A DNA stretch of 36,520 nt. Source: an uncultured Candidatus Kuenenia sp. Lineage in GTDB: Bacteria; Planctomycetota; Planctomycetia; Pirellulales; UBA1268. Both the position numbers and the translations under genes were made by a program. Shown here piece by piece: positions 35,266 to 36,520 of the stretch; within the stretch, counting starts at the first letter, position 1, and every line of letters begins with the position of its first letter. The stretch is taken from the NCBI GenBank assembly GCA_964478275.1, contig CAYZHH010000001.1, forward strand, positions 1 to 36,520, in the 5' to 3' direction. The notes beneath the pieces were generated by a model that saw only the letters and a program-made list of their open reading frames with translations, did not search any database and was not told the DNA's origin.

Positions 35266-36520
35266 CAACAGCAGCCGCCATGAAAACCGCAACGGCCGAC
35301 AATCGACCCTGGCGAGGCGATGATTTTCCAGACTGGCTGCAACCGATGCTGGTCCGCGAGCTCCGACAGGGCATCCAGTCGGGGGCATTTGTCTGGACGT
35401 TTCTCATCTTACAGTTGGCGCTGTTCATCCTCGCCGTCATCACACTTCTCGCAGCGTCTGAGCATGCCAATGCCAACATGACTCGCTGGATCGGCGGGTT
35501 CTACTGGGCGATCCTCGGGATCACCGTGGGCCTCGTGATCCCGCTTCGCGGCATGACGGCGATCGCAGCCGAGCGAGTGGGCAACAACCTCGATCTCGTG
35601 CGGCTGACGAGGCTTTCCGCCACACGGATTGTCGTCGGCAAATGGCTGGCGAACGTCGCCCAGGCGATTCTGGTGGCGGTGGCGACCCTTCCGTACCTCG
35701 TGCTCCAGTATTTTGTTGGTGGCGTGAACGTCGTCGGCGACCTCATGCGGTTCAGTTGGCTGCTGCTCGGTTCGGCCTTCATGGCGGCGATTGCCGTCTA
35801 CGCCTCGACACGGCCCCAGCGCGAGCGGGCGGGCGTCATGGGGATCGTTGGCGTGGTGGCCTGGGCCTGGGTGACCCTGAGCGTCAGGAGCTCTCCCATG
35901 ATCGCGATATTCGCGATATTCTCGCGCAGCAGTGGCTGGTTGTGGATGCTGATCCCGATTCTTTACATCGCCCTGGTCCTCGAAGCGGCGGCCGCGAGCA
36001 TCGCGCCGCTGGCCGAGAATCACGCCCTGCGAAAGCGGCTCATCGGGCTTGTCTGCGCGGGAGTCATCACGGCGATGGGCCTTTGTGGCTCTGAGTCCAG
36101 CTTCGCGTTTACGCTCATCATCTTCGGTCTCCCGCTGCTCGTGATCGGCGTAGAAGCCCTCCTCGAACGCCCCGTGCGAATCCGTCGGATGCATACCGTC
36201 TTCGCTCGCGGTGGGATCGCAGGTCGCGTTGCCGCGGCGGTCTTCACGCCCGGATGGGCCACCGGCTTTGTGTTCGTCGCCCTGGTGGGCGGATTGATGG
36301 CTGGAGCGGTTCTTGTTCAGGCGGAAGCGGCAGGAAGGCTTCAGGCAGTCCTCCCATTCGTGACGCTTTCCGTTGCCGCGATCATCTTTCCGTTGCCGCT
36401 GCTGCTCCTCTTTCCGAGGCTCGAGGCCAGAGGCACATTTTATGTGATAGTGCAGGTGCTCAGTCTCGTGCCCTTATTGATCGAAACGGTGCTCATGGAT
36501 CTGCCGGGCTCATGGGGCTC
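35262..36520 (+). CDS. Third paralogous ABC-2-type permease module (3' end beyond the window; absent from the ORF track)
   Basis: ATG 35262 overlaps the previous stop (ATGA). Translates MTTAAAMKTATADNRPWRGDDFPDWLQPMLVRELRQGIQSGAFVWTF...AERVGNNLDLVRLTRLSATRIVVGKW...IAPLAENHALRKR...FTPGWA, open to the end of the window. Confidence 0.87.
   Translation, partial: MTTAAAMKTATADNRPWRGDDFPDWLQPMLVRELRQGIQSGAFVWTFLILQLALFILAVITLLAASEHANANMTRWIGGFYWAILGITVGLVIPLRGMTAIAAERVGNNLDLVRLTRLSATRIVVGKWLANVAQAILVAVATLPYLVLQYFVGGVNVVGDLMRFSWLLLGSAFMAAIAVYASTRPQRERAGVMGIVGVVAWAWVTLSVRSSPMIAIFAIFSRSSGWLWMLIPILYIALVLEAAAASIAPLAENHALRKRLIGLVCAGVITAMGLCGSESSFAFTLIIFGLPLLVIGVEALLERPVRIRRMHTVFARGGIAGRVAAAVFTPGWATGFVFVALVGGLMAGAVLVQAEAAGRLQAVLPFVTLSVAAIIFPLPLLLLFPRLEARGTFYVIVQVLSLVPLLIETVLMDLPGSWG

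Noticed and set aside
1-36520. Sigma-54 (-24/-12) promoters, CRISPR arrays, tRNA/rRNA, integrases, transposases, reverse transcriptase (DGR-type template/variable repeats)
   Set aside because: No correctly spaced TGGC-N-TTGC site was found by eye in the intergenic regions, and no regular short repeats or mobility genes were seen. The 24833/26750 repeat differences are not adenine-specific and no RT is present.

Overview
GC-rich, gene-dense bacterial DNA, very likely from a Planctomycetota genome, judging by the DUF1501 plus PSD1/planctomycete-cytochrome pair, a sulfatase and a Cys-rich secreted protein. The left half holds core or clade-typical genes: DUF1501, PSD1/PSCyt, a TrmH-family methyltransferase, glgA, an arylsulfatase, a DinG-family helicase, argH, a HEAT-repeat protein, a sigma-54 activator, lipA and a LipB-like gene. 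It also holds two apparent accessory insertions: a toxin-first AbiE-like type IV toxin-antitoxin (TA) pair with a perfect 15-bp inverted-repeat operator, and a stand-alone circularly permuted ATP-grasp ligase. The right half (about 23.4 kb to the end) is a long + strand envelope locus. It encodes a membrane/coiled-coil protein, a membrane-anchored protein with a pseudopilin(GspG)-like tail, a MoxR AAA+ ATPase, a membrane protein, an ABC ATPase and at least three tandem paralogous ABC-2-type permease modules. Two modules are fused in one ORF; the third runs off the window and is missing from the ORF track. The locus is interrupted by a two-module TA island (UPF0175/DUF3368-PIN and YefM/YoeB). 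The island lies between a frameshifted 5' duplicate and the intact copy of one gene, and the two copies share a ~190-bp near-identical tract. No rRNA, tRNA, CRISPR array, integrase or transposase was seen. All family calls come from motif recognition by eye, not from database searches.
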